A stretch of DNA of 64,000 nt from Hyphococcus sp. (GTDB lineage: Bacteria; Pseudomonadota; Alphaproteobacteria; Caulobacterales; Parvularculaceae). The notes under the pieces are model-generated. The model saw nothing but the letters and a program-made list of their open reading frames with translations, searched no databases and was not told the DNA's origin. Below are positions 10,158 to 20,295 of this stretch, piece after piece (position 1 is the first letter of the stretch; every line of letters starts with the position of its first letter). Location of the stretch: contig JAJFFY010000011.1 of NCBI GenBank assembly GCA_021776415.1, positions 73 to 64,072 on the forward strand. Reading direction: 5' to 3'. Position numbers and translations under genes: made by a program.

Positions 10158-10244
10158 TGGTGCGGACGGCGGGACTTGAACCCGCATGGGATTACTCCCG
10201 ACAGATTTTAAGTCTGTTGTGTATACCAATTCCACCACGTCCGC
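10158..10244 (-). tRNA. tRNA-Leu (anticodon TAA)
   Basis: Reverse complement GCGGACGTGGTGGAATTGGTATACAC-AACAGAC-TTAAAA-TCTGT, long variable arm, GGTTCAAGTCC T-loop, ends GTCCGCACCA with encoded CCA. Confidence 0.96.
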
Positions 10245-10353
10245 GTAGCCTTGCCGCCAGATGCTGCAAGGCCGAATGTCGATGCATAGCTGGGACTGCC
10301 CGGCTCATCAAGCGCTGGATTTCTTGGCGTGTCGAGCCGTATTCGCCGCGTCC

Positions 10354-11730
10354 TCAGCACTCCACCACATTGACCGCGAGCCCGCCTTCGCTGGTCTCTT
10401 TATATTTTCGCGACATGTCGAGGCCGGTCTGGCGCATGGTTTCGATCACCTGATCGAGGGTGACCTTGGGATCGTCGGCCGCGCGGATCGCCAGGCGCGC
10501 CGCGTTGACGGCTTTGACCGCACCGATGGCGTTGCGCTCGATGCACGGGATTTGCACCAGCCCGCCCACCGGATCGCAGGTGAGCCCGAGATTGTGCTCC
10601 ATGCCGATCTCTGCGGCGCGCTCAACCTGACCGGGGCTGGCGCCCCAGACCGCGGCAAGCCCGCCCGCCGCCATTGAGCAGGCAACGCCAACTTCTCCCT
10701 GACAACCCATCTCAGCGCCGGAGATTGATGCGCGTTGTTTGTACAGCATACCGATCCCCGCCGCGGTTAACAGGAAAATTCTGATATGGGCGATATTGAT
10801 ATCGTCGTCAGCGCAATAATATTTGAGTACGGACGGAATAATCCCCGCGGCGCCATTGGTCGGCGCGGTGACAACGCGCCCGCCGGCGGCGTTTTCCTCA
10901 TTCACCGCCATGGCGTAGACGTTGAGCCAGTCGAATATCTGCTCACGCTCATTGGCGAGCGGCGTCTCGTGGAGCTTGGCCCAAAGCTGCGGCGCCCGAC
11001 GCTTGACGTTGAGGCCGCCCGGCAATTCCCCTTCGGTTTTAAGCCCGCGATCAATGCACGCCTGCATCGCCAACCAGATCTGATCGAGCCTGTGCTCGGT
11101 ATCGGCGCGCGGACGGAAGTCATCTTCATTTTCCAAGATGAGCTCATGGACCGTGAGATTTTTTTCCGCGCAAATGCCGAGCAAATCCGCCGCCGAGGTA
11201 AACTCGTGCGGGCCGCGCTGCGGCAGCGCGATGCGGTCATCTTCCGACTTTGTCGTCAGCTGTTTCTCGCTGGCGATAAAGCCGCCGCCTACGGAATAAT
11301 AGGTGCGCTCGAAAATCTCCGCACCGGCGGCGTTGTAAAGATGCAGACGCATTTCATTAGGATGGATAGTCGGAATGATATCCCCGCGCAGATCGATGTC
11401 CTTTACCGGATCAAACGCGATCTCTCCGCCGCCATGCAGCGCAAGCTTGCCCTCCGATCGCACCAACGCCGTCGCATCCTGCGCCGCATCGGGATCGGTC
11501 TTGTCGGGCTCAAAGCCCATCAGGCCGAGCATCGCCGCCTTGTCGGTCCCGTGGCCAATGCCGGTGAGCGCCAGCGAGCCATGCAGGTCGATTTTGACCC
11601 GAGTAGCATCAGGCAACACGCCAGCGCTGGCGGCCTCTTCCAGGAACCGTATACCGATGCGCATCGGCCCTACCGTGTGTGACGAGGACGGGCCGATCCC
11701 GATTTTGAAAATATCTAAAACACTCAGCAC
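10354..11730 (-). CDS. sdaA: L-serine ammonia-lyase (Fe-S)
   Basis: [33 protein letters not shown] and [18 protein letters not shown]. Confidence 0.97.
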   Translation of the reverse strand: MLSVLDIFKIGIGPSSSHTVGPMRIGIRFLEEAASAGVLPDATRVKIDLHGSLALTGIGHGTDKAAMLGLMGFEPDKTDPDAAQDATALVRSEGKLALHGGGEIAFDPVKDIDLRGDIIPTIHPNEMRLHLYNAAGAEIFERTYYSVGGGFIASEKQLTTKSEDDRIALPQRGPHEFTSAADLLGICAEKNLTVHELILENEDDFRPRADTEHRLDQIWLAMQACIDRGLKTEGELPGGLNVKRRAPQLWAKLHETPLANEREQIFDWLNVYAMAVNEENAAGGRVVTAPTNGAAGIIPSVLKYYCADDDINIAHIRIFLLTAAGIGMLYKQRASISGAEMGCQGEVGVACSMAAGGLAAVWGASPGQVERAAEIGMEHNLGLTCDPVGGLVQIPCIERNAIGAVKAVNAARLAIRAADDPKVTLDQVIETMRQTGLDMSRKYKETSEGGLAVNVVEC

Positions 11731-11765
11731 ACAGATGCTCCATTCAGGCCGCTGCGTCCGCGAGG

Positions 11766-12794
11766 TTACGGGTCTGGGCTGCGGCCGGCTGCGCGCAAAG
11801 CCGCGCGCAGCGTCTGTACATCATAGAGGGATTGGCGTCGATGCTGTTCGAGGTCGGCAGTGATAGTTTTTGCGCCGGTCATAACCGCTGCAAGACTGTC
11901 CCCCGCGACATCACCGCCGCGCAGGCCGGTGCGAATGGCGGCGATAGTTCTGCTTAACTCCTCCAGCGCCCGGCGTTGGGCTTTCAGCCCCGGCCCGGCA
12001 AACCGCTCATGCACCCGGCCCAGGCGCCCTTGCGCGCTCAGCAACAAAAAGTCGGCCGTCGCCGCATCGTCGCGCGCCAGCGCATCGCCAGCCAGCTCCA
12101 TGGCGCGGCGCGCCTGGCCCATATCGGCGGCGATGGTTCTGGTTGTCGTCGCCGCTGTGCAGCCCGCATCATCGAGGTGAGCGATATAGGCGGAAAGCGC
12201 GTCCACCACCGTGGGCGGCGGCGGGGCGCCCTGAAATTCGTCGATCACGGCGTTCTCAATAAAGTCATGCAGGCTTGGCGCCGGCGCTTGCGTTCCGAAT
12301 GCGTCTTTGCCGGCAATGCCGACCAGGCTCGGGATCGGCACGGGATTAAATACGCCGTCCTCGCGGGTTTTGCTGAACAGCGCCGAGGTCACATCAGCTG
12401 TCCCGGCCTCGCCGCTGAGGCCTTTGAGAAAAAAATTCGGGTTGTCGCGCCCGCCACTGTGACAGCTCTCGCACGACAAGCCGCCGCGCGCCGCCGGACC
12501 GCCAAACAGCATCGGGCTTTGGAATGCGACCCGACCGACATCGACCAGATATTGCGTGTCAGGGTTTTCAGCCGGACGGATGCACTCGCGTCGGGCGCTA
12601 CTTAGGATTGCAACAACATCCGTAGACGGATTAATCCAGGCAAGCTCTTTAAGGTTTAACGCCGCCTGTTTGCCAAAAGAATGCGCCGCATTCGCGAAGG
12701 CGCCCACCGGCTGTGTTTCTGCGCGCTCCTTTGGCGAACAGGCGGCCAGCGCAATCAGCGCCGCGATCGCCGCCGGCTTGAAGGCCAGCGCCAT
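11766..12794 (-). CDS. Lipoprotein c-type cytochrome (single CxxCH; resembles the cytochrome c peroxidase N-domain)
   Basis: Lipobox LAAC; GR.AF.SP.L..G....SCESCH motif. Confidence 0.75.
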   Translation of the reverse strand: MALAFKPAAIAALIALAACSPKERAETQPVGAFANAAHSFGKQAALNLKELAWINPSTDVVAILSSARRECIRPAENPDTQYLVDVGRVAFQSPMLFGGPAARGGLSCESCHSGGRDNPNFFLKGLSGEAGTADVTSALFSKTREDGVFNPVPIPSLVGIAGKDAFGTQAPAPSLHDFIENAVIDEFQGAPPPPTVVDALSAYIAHLDDAGCTAATTTRTIAADMGQARRAMELAGDALARDDAATADFLLLSAQGRLGRVHERFAGPGLKAQRRALEELSRTIAAIRTGLRGGDVAGDSLAAVMTGAKTITADLEQHRRQSLYDVQTLRAALRAAGRSPDP

Positions 12795-13786
12795 TAGCGC
12801 CCGGCGCGGCGGATAGACGTTTTTACCTCAATCAATCGCGCCAGATCTTCATATTGCGCACAACCAAACGCGCAAAGCTTGTCGAGTTTGGCAAGCTGGC
12901 GGCGGGCTTTTTTAAGCTCGCCGAGCTCCAGATAAAGCTCGCCAAGATATTCCGTGGCGCCGAGATGATCGGGGTCCAGCTCCAGCGCCGCGGCGTAATA
13001 GTCTTGCGCCTGGTCAAATTTTCCCAGCTTGCGGTGCGCATAGCCGAGATAGTTCAAAATATCCGGGTGCGGACCAATAATCGCCTGCGCCCGATATAGA
13101 TCGCTCACTGCCTCAGCAAAACGCTGCTGGTTGATCAGCTTGACAGCATCGCCATAGCGCTCCGCACCAACTGCGCGCGGCGCCAGGACCAGCACGGCGC
13201 CTTGCGAGTCATCAGGACCAAGAGAAATCTCCTCGCCATCACCGCCCCCAAGCGCGGCTTCGACTTTAGCGATCGCCACACCGATGCGTTTGATATAATC
13301 TTCATTGCAAGTCTCATCAGTGCAACCCTCGCCGAGCGCACGGATGGCAGCCAATTGCTCTTGCGCATCGTCGGTCTTCTCAAGTGTGATGAAGACCAGC
13401 GCAAGCTGCTCGCGCGCTTCCACAAAACCCGAGCGGCCTTTGATAGCGCGCTCGAAATAGCGCACTGATGCTTTGTGTTTGCCGCGACCAACCTTGGCCA
13501 GGCCCATGTAATAATTTGCCTCAGTGTGTTTGCGGGCAACGCTTAAGACTTCGCCAAATTTTTTCTCCGCGGTTTTATAATCCTTCGCGCTGAGCGCGGC
13601 GACGCCGTCGCGATAGGACTGCTCGGGATCAACCTGCGGTCGCGACTGCTGCGAGGGCAGGCTGGAGCCGCCGCTTCCCGCTGCGTGCGCAATGCCGGTC
13701 AGGCCAGACCCGGCCGATAACGCAACGGCAAGCGCAATCGCGGATAAGATTTTGCGGCGCGGCGCGGCGCGGTGTTTGGTGCTCAT
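12794..13786 (-). CDS. Secreted tetratricopeptide repeat protein
   Basis: Signal peptide; TPRs (ANYYMGLA, ILNYLGYAHRKLG, ATEYLGELY); start refined to ATG 13786. Confidence 0.85.
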   Translation of the reverse strand: MSTKHRAAPRRKILSAIALAVALSAGSGLTGIAHAAGSGGSSLPSQQSRPQVDPEQSYRDGVAALSAKDYKTAEKKFGEVLSVARKHTEANYYMGLAKVGRGKHKASVRYFERAIKGRSGFVEAREQLALVFITLEKTDDAQEQLAAIRALGEGCTDETCNEDYIKRIGVAIAKVEAALGGGDGEEISLGPDDSQGAVLVLAPRAVGAERYGDAVKLINQQRFAEAVSDLYRAQAIIGPHPDILNYLGYAHRKLGKFDQAQDYYAAALELDPDHLGATEYLGELYLELGELKKARRQLAKLDKLCAFGCAQYEDLARLIEVKTSIRRAGR

Positions 13787-14018
13787 CTTGTTTCTCTCCC
13801 TGTCGGCGAGGATATCGCCGATCGCTCCCATTCGGACCCGATACTGCCTCAAAAAGCCGCCCGGCGCACCCTCAGAAGCGTTCACAAGTAGCGGCGCGCC
13901 TTTGCGCCCCACCCTGAGATCACGCCCTGATCAGCATTTTGCCGCCGTGAATTGATCCGCATCAAGGCGGCTGTCTCCATATCCTCATAGATGTCGCCGT
14001 TCAGCTTTGGAGATAGGT

Positions 14019-14552
14019 ATGTTACGGACAATTGGTATGATTCTGGCGGCTGTGGGCGCACTGACCGCGTGCACAACATCTACGCCTTACGGCCCCGCAA
14101 ATGGCGGCTACGGCTTTTCCGAGCAACGCGTTGAAGATAACCGCTATCGAATTTCGTTTCGCGGAAATTCATCAACCTCCAGAGAGACCGTTGAGAACTT
14201 TCTCCTCTATCGCGCCGCCGAGCTGACCCTTCAAGGCGGCTATGACTATTTTGTCATGATCGAGAGCGATACCGAAGCCAAAACCAGCTATTCAAGCAGT
14301 TCGTATTATCCCGCGTTTTATGGCCGGTATTACTACCCTTCTTCACGACGTTCCTATTACCACTTCCCCTATTACGCCTATGGCTTTGGCTGGGGTTATC
14401 CTTATGACTCCTATGTCCGCGAAATCACCCGCTACACCGCCATCGCCTTCGTGACGATGCATCGCGGCGAAAAACCGGCGGACGATCCGCATGCGTTCGA
14501 TGCGCGCGAGGTCCAGGAAAATTTGCGCAGCTTTGTTGTTGAGCGGCTCTAG
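14019..14552 (+). CDS. CC0125/CC1285-family lipoprotein
   Basis: Lipobox LTAC; GFSEQRVEDNRYRISFRGN, LLYRAAELTL..GYDYF and AFDAREV. Confidence 0.85.
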   Translation: MLRTIGMILAAVGALTACTTSTPYGPANGGYGFSEQRVEDNRYRISFRGNSSTSRETVENFLLYRAAELTLQGGYDYFVMIESDTEAKTSYSSSSYYPAFYGRYYYPSSRRSYYHFPYYAYGFGWGYPYDSYVREITRYTAIAFVTMHRGEKPADDPHAFDAREVQENLRSFVVERL

Positions 14553-14567
14553 CTTTATCGCCAATCA

Positions 14568-15335
14568 TTAGTTCCGATCTTTCATTTCCGGATCGAAGCC
14601 GAGCGCGCGCATCGCTGCGCTGACCGCATTGATCGCCGCTTCGGCCGTCTCCGAATTTTGCGAACGGGCAACCACCGTGACGCCCTTCTCATCGCCGTCG
14701 ATGGGATAGCTGCCAATCGCAACGTCTTTGAGCGCGGATTGTATTTCCCGCAACTGATCGGCGATTCTGGATTCCGGGAGGCCGGCCGCCGTCGCCGCAC
14801 GCGAATGAATTATCGCGCCGCGCTCGATTTCACCTTCAATAGCATTGAGCATGCCTTGGAATATCCTCGGCACGCCGGCCATCACAAACACATTGTCGAT
14901 GCGCACGCCCGGCGCGCCGGAGACCGGATTGTCGATCAGGACCGCACCCTCCGGCGTGCGGGCCATGCGCGCACGCGCCGGCGTCACCTCCTCATCGCGC
15001 GCTTTGTGCCAGGCGCGGATCAGGGCGATTGCCTTTGGGTGTTCAATCACCGGGACCTCAAACGCCGCGGCGATAGCATCGACGGTAATATCGTCATGGG
15101 TCGGACCAATACCGCCCGACGTAAACACATAATCATAACGCGCCCGCAACGCATTGAGCGCGGCGACGATATCGGCCTGGTCATCGCCGACGATGCGCGC
15201 CTCACACAATGCCACCCCGCGCTCGGTCAGCCAGCCGGCGAGGAAATGCGTGTTGGCGTCGCGCGTCCGGCCCGACAAAAGCTCGTCGCCAATGGCGAGG
15301 ATCGCGGCGGTTATTTTTTGCGGCGCGTCAGTCAT
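14568..15335 (-). CDS. Molybdopterin-binding CinA-like (competence/damage-inducible A) protein
   Basis: IGDELLSGRTRDAN, SGGIGPTHDDIT and MAGVP. Confidence 0.9.
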   Translation of the reverse strand: MTDAPQKITAAILAIGDELLSGRTRDANTHFLAGWLTERGVALCEARIVGDDQADIVAALNALRARYDYVFTSGGIGPTHDDITVDAIAAAFEVPVIEHPKAIALIRAWHKARDEEVTPARARMARTPEGAVLIDNPVSGAPGVRIDNVFVMAGVPRIFQGMLNAIEGEIERGAIIHSRAATAAGLPESRIADQLREIQSALKDVAIGSYPIDGDEKGVTVVARSQNSETAEAAINAVSAAMRALGFDPEMKDRN

Positions 15336-15342
15336 ATTTTTT

Positions 15343-16521
15343 TCACTCTACAATATCAATGCGGACGAGATCACCGATCACAGCGCCCTCATCATTCATG
15401 CCGCCAAGCGTCCAATAGGCCCCATCCCAAATCATCAATCCGCGATGATCCATAGATGGGCGCCCGGTGAGGCCAAGCTCGATCCATTGTTCCGTTTCCA
15501 ACTCGAATGCAAATAAAACATCTGACGCCCGCGATGGAACGCCGTCATAGCCGACGCCGTCGTAATTGTAAGGATTGTCGCCGCCGCCGTAAAAGACGAT
15601 GCGGTTGTGATCGGCATCGCCGATCGCCGCCATGCGATAAAGCGGCGCGCCTGGATGCGGCGGCAGTTTTCGCCAGGCGATGACCGCCGGATCATCCGCG
15701 TCAATCTCACCGAGCCACGCCCCATCGACGGCGCCGAATTGCCGACGGCCGTCTTTCTCGCCGACCACCGCAACACCGTCGGCGATGACGAACTTGCCGC
15801 CGACCGCGCCGCCGGAATGGCCAAACACCGGCGCGCCGGGATAGTCGCTCGCGGCAAACCATTTATCTTCCCACGTATCGTACCCCTGAACGGCGCTGAC
15901 ATTGCCGGCATCATGCCAGCCGGAAACCAGATAAATATAGCGATTGGCGTAGGTAAATGCGACGGCGTCATCAACCGGCGTCGGCATATCGGCGCGTCGT
16001 TGATATTCCTCCGTTTCGGGATTAAATGCAAAAACTTCCGGCGTCGATATTTCGGTTCCGTCCTCAGCCACCGTGTATCCGCCAAAGAGAAATATCCGGT
16101 CATACAGGAAAACAGCAGTGCTGGCGAGGCGGCCCGCCTCTACGGGAACATCGCCCGCGACCCGGCATCCTCCCCAGGGAAGCGTGCAGGTGAATACCGA
16201 TTTGCTGACGTCTTTATAAGTTTTGCCAGCGCGCAGCCCGTTAAACGACCAGAAAGTCGCCGCGTCCTCGTTTGGAACGACCGCAACAGCATTGTTTGCA
16301 TGGGCAACCGGCAGGGCGTCCATCACATCCGCATATACGCCTGGCGCCCGTGGCCCCGGCGTCACACGATCTGCAAAATCAGTCCCTGCTTCCTGCTCCG
16401 CGCACGCGCCCGCGAACACCATCAAGGCAGCGCACTTGAAATATGTCGCCAAGACCCCATTCAATGAATTGAAGCGGGTTTTGCAAAAACCTGCGTATGC
16501 TGACTGAAAGACATTAACCAT
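15343..16521 (-). CDS. Kelch-repeat beta-propeller protein, probably a lipoprotein
   Basis: Repeated Kelch motifs (IFLFGG, IYLVSG, FVIADG, VFYGGG, WTLGG); lipobox-like FAGAC; true start likely downstream of 16521. Confidence 0.8.
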   Translation of the reverse strand: MVNVFQSAYAGFCKTRFNSLNGVLATYFKCAALMVFAGACAEQEAGTDFADRVTPGPRAPGVYADVMDALPVAHANNAVAVVPNEDAATFWSFNGLRAGKTYKDVSKSVFTCTLPWGGCRVAGDVPVEAGRLASTAVFLYDRIFLFGGYTVAEDGTEISTPEVFAFNPETEEYQRRADMPTPVDDAVAFTYANRYIYLVSGWHDAGNVSAVQGYDTWEDKWFAASDYPGAPVFGHSGGAVGGKFVIADGVAVVGEKDGRRQFGAVDGAWLGEIDADDPAVIAWRKLPPHPGAPLYRMAAIGDADHNRIVFYGGGDNPYNYDGVGYDGVPSRASDVLFAFELETEQWIELGLTGRPSMDHRGLMIWDGAYWTLGGMNDEGAVIGDLVRIDIVE

Positions 16522-16786
16522 GAAATATTTCTCCGCTCACGAAGCAAAACAACGATTTGGCAAACTCATCGCCATTGCTGGCAATGAGCCGGTCGCCATC
16601 ACAAGATACAAACGGCCCGTCGCATATTTAATTTCGCCAAGCGACTTTGCACAATTTAAAACCCTGCGCGAGCGCGACCAGCGCTCAAAAGTTTCAGCGC
16701 TGTTGGACGAAATCACCGCCAATGACGGATATCGCGGCGATGTCTTGACACGCAAGCTCATAGGATTGATGCGCAACGCCCGCTGA
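16520..16786 (+). CDS. Phd/YefM-family antitoxin (orphan)
   Basis: SAHEAKQRFGKLI...EPVAITRYKRPVAYLISPSDF Phd signature. Confidence 0.8.
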   Translation: MKYFSAHEAKQRFGKLIAIAGNEPVAITRYKRPVAYLISPSDFAQFKTLRERDQRSKVSALLDEITANDGYRGDVLTRKLIGLMRNAR

Positions 16787-17281
16787 AAGGCCCTGAAAAA
16801 GGCTTTCACGCGTTTTACCAGCCCAATAACTGCGGGGCCTGTAGCGGAATCTGGTCCAACATTTTCACCCGCCAGGGTCGCCGGCAACGGCTTTCGATGA
16901 GATGTCTTCATTACTCGCACTCGGTTTGCTCCTTTGACGCAATTCGCCACAGAATCACACGTGAATCACACATGGAATCGCCCATGGAATCATTTTCAAA
17001 AAGCACTATACGCTCACCCAAACCCGTGAGGATAACTTTTCACCAAATATAGGTTTTATGGCCAACTACCCTCTCTGAGTTGTAAAATCGAAGAATCGAT
17101 TCGTGTTTGGGTTGCGCGGATTTTGCCGTTGTTTTGGATTCAAGAACCCCCATCGACCGCTTCGCAGCCACGTCCCCCGTAAACGGGGGAAGAACAAGCG
17201 CACCGCAAGCTCAATCTTATTCCGCACCGCTATCGCAAGGCGATTTTGCGTCAGCATAACCCTCGAAGATCGCTGTTCGAG

Positions 17282-17776
17282 CTATTCAGGCTCCGTCCCG
17301 AGCGCCTCGCTCTGTTCAACAACTGTCCAGATCATCTTGCGCGGACAGATGAAGCCAAGGCACCCGCGCGCATCAAGTGGGCCGCCGTCCCTATCGTTGA
17401 TCTTGATGCCGTAGCGGATCATCTTTCCCTTGATGATTGACTCATCAAGCGCAACGATCTCGCCGCCGCGATATTTTCCTTTGCCCTTTGGCTTCAGCCC
17501 CGTGATCATCACATAGCCCATCACAGGACTGCCGTCGGGCAACATATTTTGTCCAGACGGCCCGTTCGGTTCGACAATACCGACAACGCTGGCGCAGATG
17601 AGGGCGCCGTCGCCAGCGCAGGGATGAAACTCGATATTGAGAGACGCCTTGCTCGCTTCTTCTAATAAGGAGGGGCCGGTGTTATAAATTCCTTGCAGAT
17701 CTTCCGCCAGTGACGCGCCGGTTTGGACCATCAAACATGCCATAAATATTGCGGATGCCATTACGGATCTATTCAT
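17282..17776 (-). CDS. Secreted DUF2147-like protein
   Basis: Signal peptide; IEFHPC...ICA, Y.GG.I and LDARGCLGFICP...WT. Confidence 0.65.
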   Translation of the reverse strand: MNRSVMASAIFMACLMVQTGASLAEDLQGIYNTGPSLLEEASKASLNIEFHPCAGDGALICASVVGIVEPNGPSGQNMLPDGSPVMGYVMITGLKPKGKGKYRGGEIVALDESIIKGKMIRYGIKINDRDGGPLDARGCLGFICPRKMIWTVVEQSEALGTEPE

Positions 17777-17925
17777 TATCGTCTCTCTTTCGCTCAACGG
17801 CTATCAACATCATTGATCACGACGGATAGAAAGACCATTTAATTTTCTGTGATGACGGCATCTCGCTCTCTGGCTGGTCGCCACATCGCCCCTTGACCCT
17901 TAAATCATACCCTTCAAGGTCGTCC

Positions 17926-18630
17926 ATGCTCTTTCCCCCTCTCCTTCGCGGCCGTCTGATAAAACGCTACAAGCGCTTCCTCGCCGACATCGCCCTCGAC
18001 GATGGCCGCAAGATCACCGCCCATTGCGCCAATCCCGGCTCGATGCTCGGCGTCGCCATTGTCGGTGCCCGCGTCTGGGTCAACGAGCATGACAACAAGA
18101 AGCGCAAACTGGCTTTCTCATGGGAGATGATCGAGATCGGCAAAACCCTTATTCCGATCAACACCACCAACCCCAACAAGATCGCGTTCGAAGCGATCGA
18201 GGCCGGCGCAATCCCCGAGCTTGCCGGATATGACAACATCCGCCGCGAGGTGAAATATGGCGAGGCGAGCCGCATTGATCTGCTGCTGGAGGGCGGCGAG
18301 CACAAAGCGCCCTGCTATGTGGAGGTCAAGAATGTGCATCTTTCGCGCGCGCCCGGCCTTGCGGAGTTTCCCGACAGCGTCACCAAGCGCGGCGCCAAAC
18401 ACTTAAGCGAGCTGTCAAAGGTCGCCGCATCCGGCGGGCGCGCGGTGATGCTGTTCATGGTTCAACGCAGCGACTGCACAAGCTTCCGGCCGGCGGCGGA
18501 TCTCGACCCGACCTATGCCGCGGCGCTCAAATCAGCGCTTGCGGCGGGAGTTGAAACATTGTGCTATGATTGCGAAGTCAGCCTCAGCAAGGTAGTGCTT
18601 CGCAAACGCCTTGAGATAGACCTGGTTTAA
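17926..18630 (+). CDS. sfsA: DNA/RNA nuclease SfsA
   Basis: KRYKRFLAD, AHCANPGSM, SRID, YVEVKNV and FPDSVTKRGAKHL. Confidence 0.96.
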   Translation: MLFPPLLRGRLIKRYKRFLADIALDDGRKITAHCANPGSMLGVAIVGARVWVNEHDNKKRKLAFSWEMIEIGKTLIPINTTNPNKIAFEAIEAGAIPELAGYDNIRREVKYGEASRIDLLLEGGEHKAPCYVEVKNVHLSRAPGLAEFPDSVTKRGAKHLSELSKVAASGGRAVMLFMVQRSDCTSFRPAADLDPTYAAALKSALAAGVETLCYDCEVSLSKVVLRKRLEIDLV

Positions 18631-18647
18631 GCAAAGCAAGATTACCC

Positions 18648-19505
18648 ATGACAGAACTCGCCACAGACGCAAATGATGCAGATAATGAGATCGACGCCGA
18701 TGAGATAGAAATCCATGGGCCGGAGGATTTTGCCGGCATGCGCAAGGCCGGGCGGCTGGCGGCTGAGTGCCTCGACATGCTGACCGAGCATGTGGCGCCC
18801 GGCGTCGCGACGGCCAAGCTTGACGATCTGGTGCGCGAGATGGTGCTCGACAATGGCGCGCTATCGGCGACCATTGGCTATCGCGGCTATCGGCACGCCA
18901 CCTGCATTTCCCTCAACCATGTGATCTGCCACGGCATCCCCGGACCGAAGCTGCTTAAAGACGGCGACATCATGAATATTGACGTGACGGTGATTGTCGA
19001 TGGCTGGCACGGCGACACCAGCCGGATGTATTACGCGGGCGAGCCAAAGGTGAAGGCGCGCCGCCTGGTCGACACCACCTATGAAGCGATGATGGCGGGG
19101 ATTAACGTGGTCAAGCCCGGCGCGACATTACGCGATATCGGGCGCGCCATTCAAACCATTGGCGAAGGCCAGGGGTTTTCTATTGTTCGCGATTTTTGCG
19201 GCCACGGGCTAGGGAAAGTTTTTCATTCCGCCCCCAGCGTCGTTCATTATGCGGAATATAAAGACCGCTGGGGAACGACCCACCGCGCCGCGGACACCAT
19301 CATCAAACCCGGCATGTTCTTCACCATCGAGCCGATGATCAACGACGGCAAACCCGATGTCAAAGTCATGAAAGACGGCTGGACCGCGGTGAGCCGCGAC
19401 AAGTCGCTGTCGGCGCAGTTCGAACACTCCATCGGCGTCACCGAAGACGGGTTTGAGATTTTCACCTCCTCGCCCAAGGGGCTTGATAAGCCGCCTTATA
19501 ACTAA
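18648..19505 (+). CDS. map: Methionine aminopeptidase type I
   Basis: [30 protein letters not shown] and SAQFEH. Confidence 0.97.
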   Translation: MTELATDANDADNEIDADEIEIHGPEDFAGMRKAGRLAAECLDMLTEHVAPGVATAKLDDLVREMVLDNGALSATIGYRGYRHATCISLNHVICHGIPGPKLLKDGDIMNIDVTVIVDGWHGDTSRMYYAGEPKVKARRLVDTTYEAMMAGINVVKPGATLRDIGRAIQTIGEGQGFSIVRDFCGHGLGKVFHSAPSVVHYAEYKDRWGTTHRAADTIIKPGMFFTIEPMINDGKPDVKVMKDGWTAVSRDKSLSAQFEHSIGVTEDGFEIFTSSPKGLDKPPYN

Positions 19506-20212
19506 TGGCGGACGGCGCAGCGAAATCAGCAACCCCTGCCGCCGATCATGCAAAAGGCCACCGCGAGCGCCTGCGCGCGCGGTTCAGGAAAGCCGGTATT
19601 GACGGGGTTCAGGATTATGAACTCCTTGAGCTGGTGTTGTTCCGGGCGATCCCGCGCCGCGACGTCAAACCGCTGGCCAAAGACCTGATCGCAAAATTCG
19701 GCGGCTTTGCCGAGGCCCTCGCCGCGCCGATTGATCGCCTGGTCGAGGTGAAAGGCGTGTCGCAAAATGTCGCCGAGGAATTGAAGATCGTCCAGGCGGC
19801 GGCGATTAAGCTGACCCAGGAGCGCATCCTCAAGCGCCCGGTCATCACCTCATGGAATGATCTGCTGTCTTATTGCCGCGCGGCGATGGCCGATGAGAAG
19901 ACCGAACTGTTCCGCATCATGTTTCTCGACAAGAAAAACATTCTGATCGCCGACGAGGTGCAACAGCGCGGCACCGTTGATCACACGCCGGTCTATCCGC
20001 GCGAGGTTGTCAAGCGTGCGCTGGAACTTGGCGCCTCGGCGATCATCCTGGTGCATAATCACCCATCCGGCGACCCGACGCCGTCGCGCGCCGATGTTGA
20101 GATGACAAACCAGATCATCAAAGCCGGCGCCGCCCTCAACATCCGCGTCCACGACCACATCATCGTCGGCCACAAATACCATGCGAGCTTTAAAACACTG
20201 GGCTTGATCTGA
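19505..20212 (+). CDS. radC: RadC family JAB-domain protein
   Basis: [30 protein letters not shown] and DHIIVG. Confidence 0.96.
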   Translation: MADGAAKSATPAADHAKGHRERLRARFRKAGIDGVQDYELLELVLFRAIPRRDVKPLAKDLIAKFGGFAEALAAPIDRLVEVKGVSQNVAEELKIVQAAAIKLTQERILKRPVITSWNDLLSYCRAAMADEKTELFRIMFLDKKNILIADEVQQRGTVDHTPVYPREVVKRALELGASAIILVHNHPSGDPTPSRADVEMTNQIIKAGAALNIRVHDHIIVGHKYHASFKTLGLI

Positions 20213-20295
20213 GCGGGCGTTGTTTCGCGCGCCGGACGCGGCTAACTTCAAATCTCGGGCAATCTCGCCTGCGGTGATCATTATAAGCTGCCAAA

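Noticed and set aside
10786-11682. Long antisense or alternate-frame ORFs (also 45346-46275, 46321-47229, 52838-53899 and others)
   Set aside because: Shadow ORFs of high-GC coding genes on the opposite strand, with no recognisable motifs
16790-17280. Chromosomal origin of replication
   Set aside because: Only one imperfect DnaA box, and none of the usual neighbours (hemE, dnaA, parAB); kept only as a GANTC cluster
19505-20212. radC as a marker of a mobile element
   Set aside because: Full-length chromosomal type in the conserved sfsA-map-radC order
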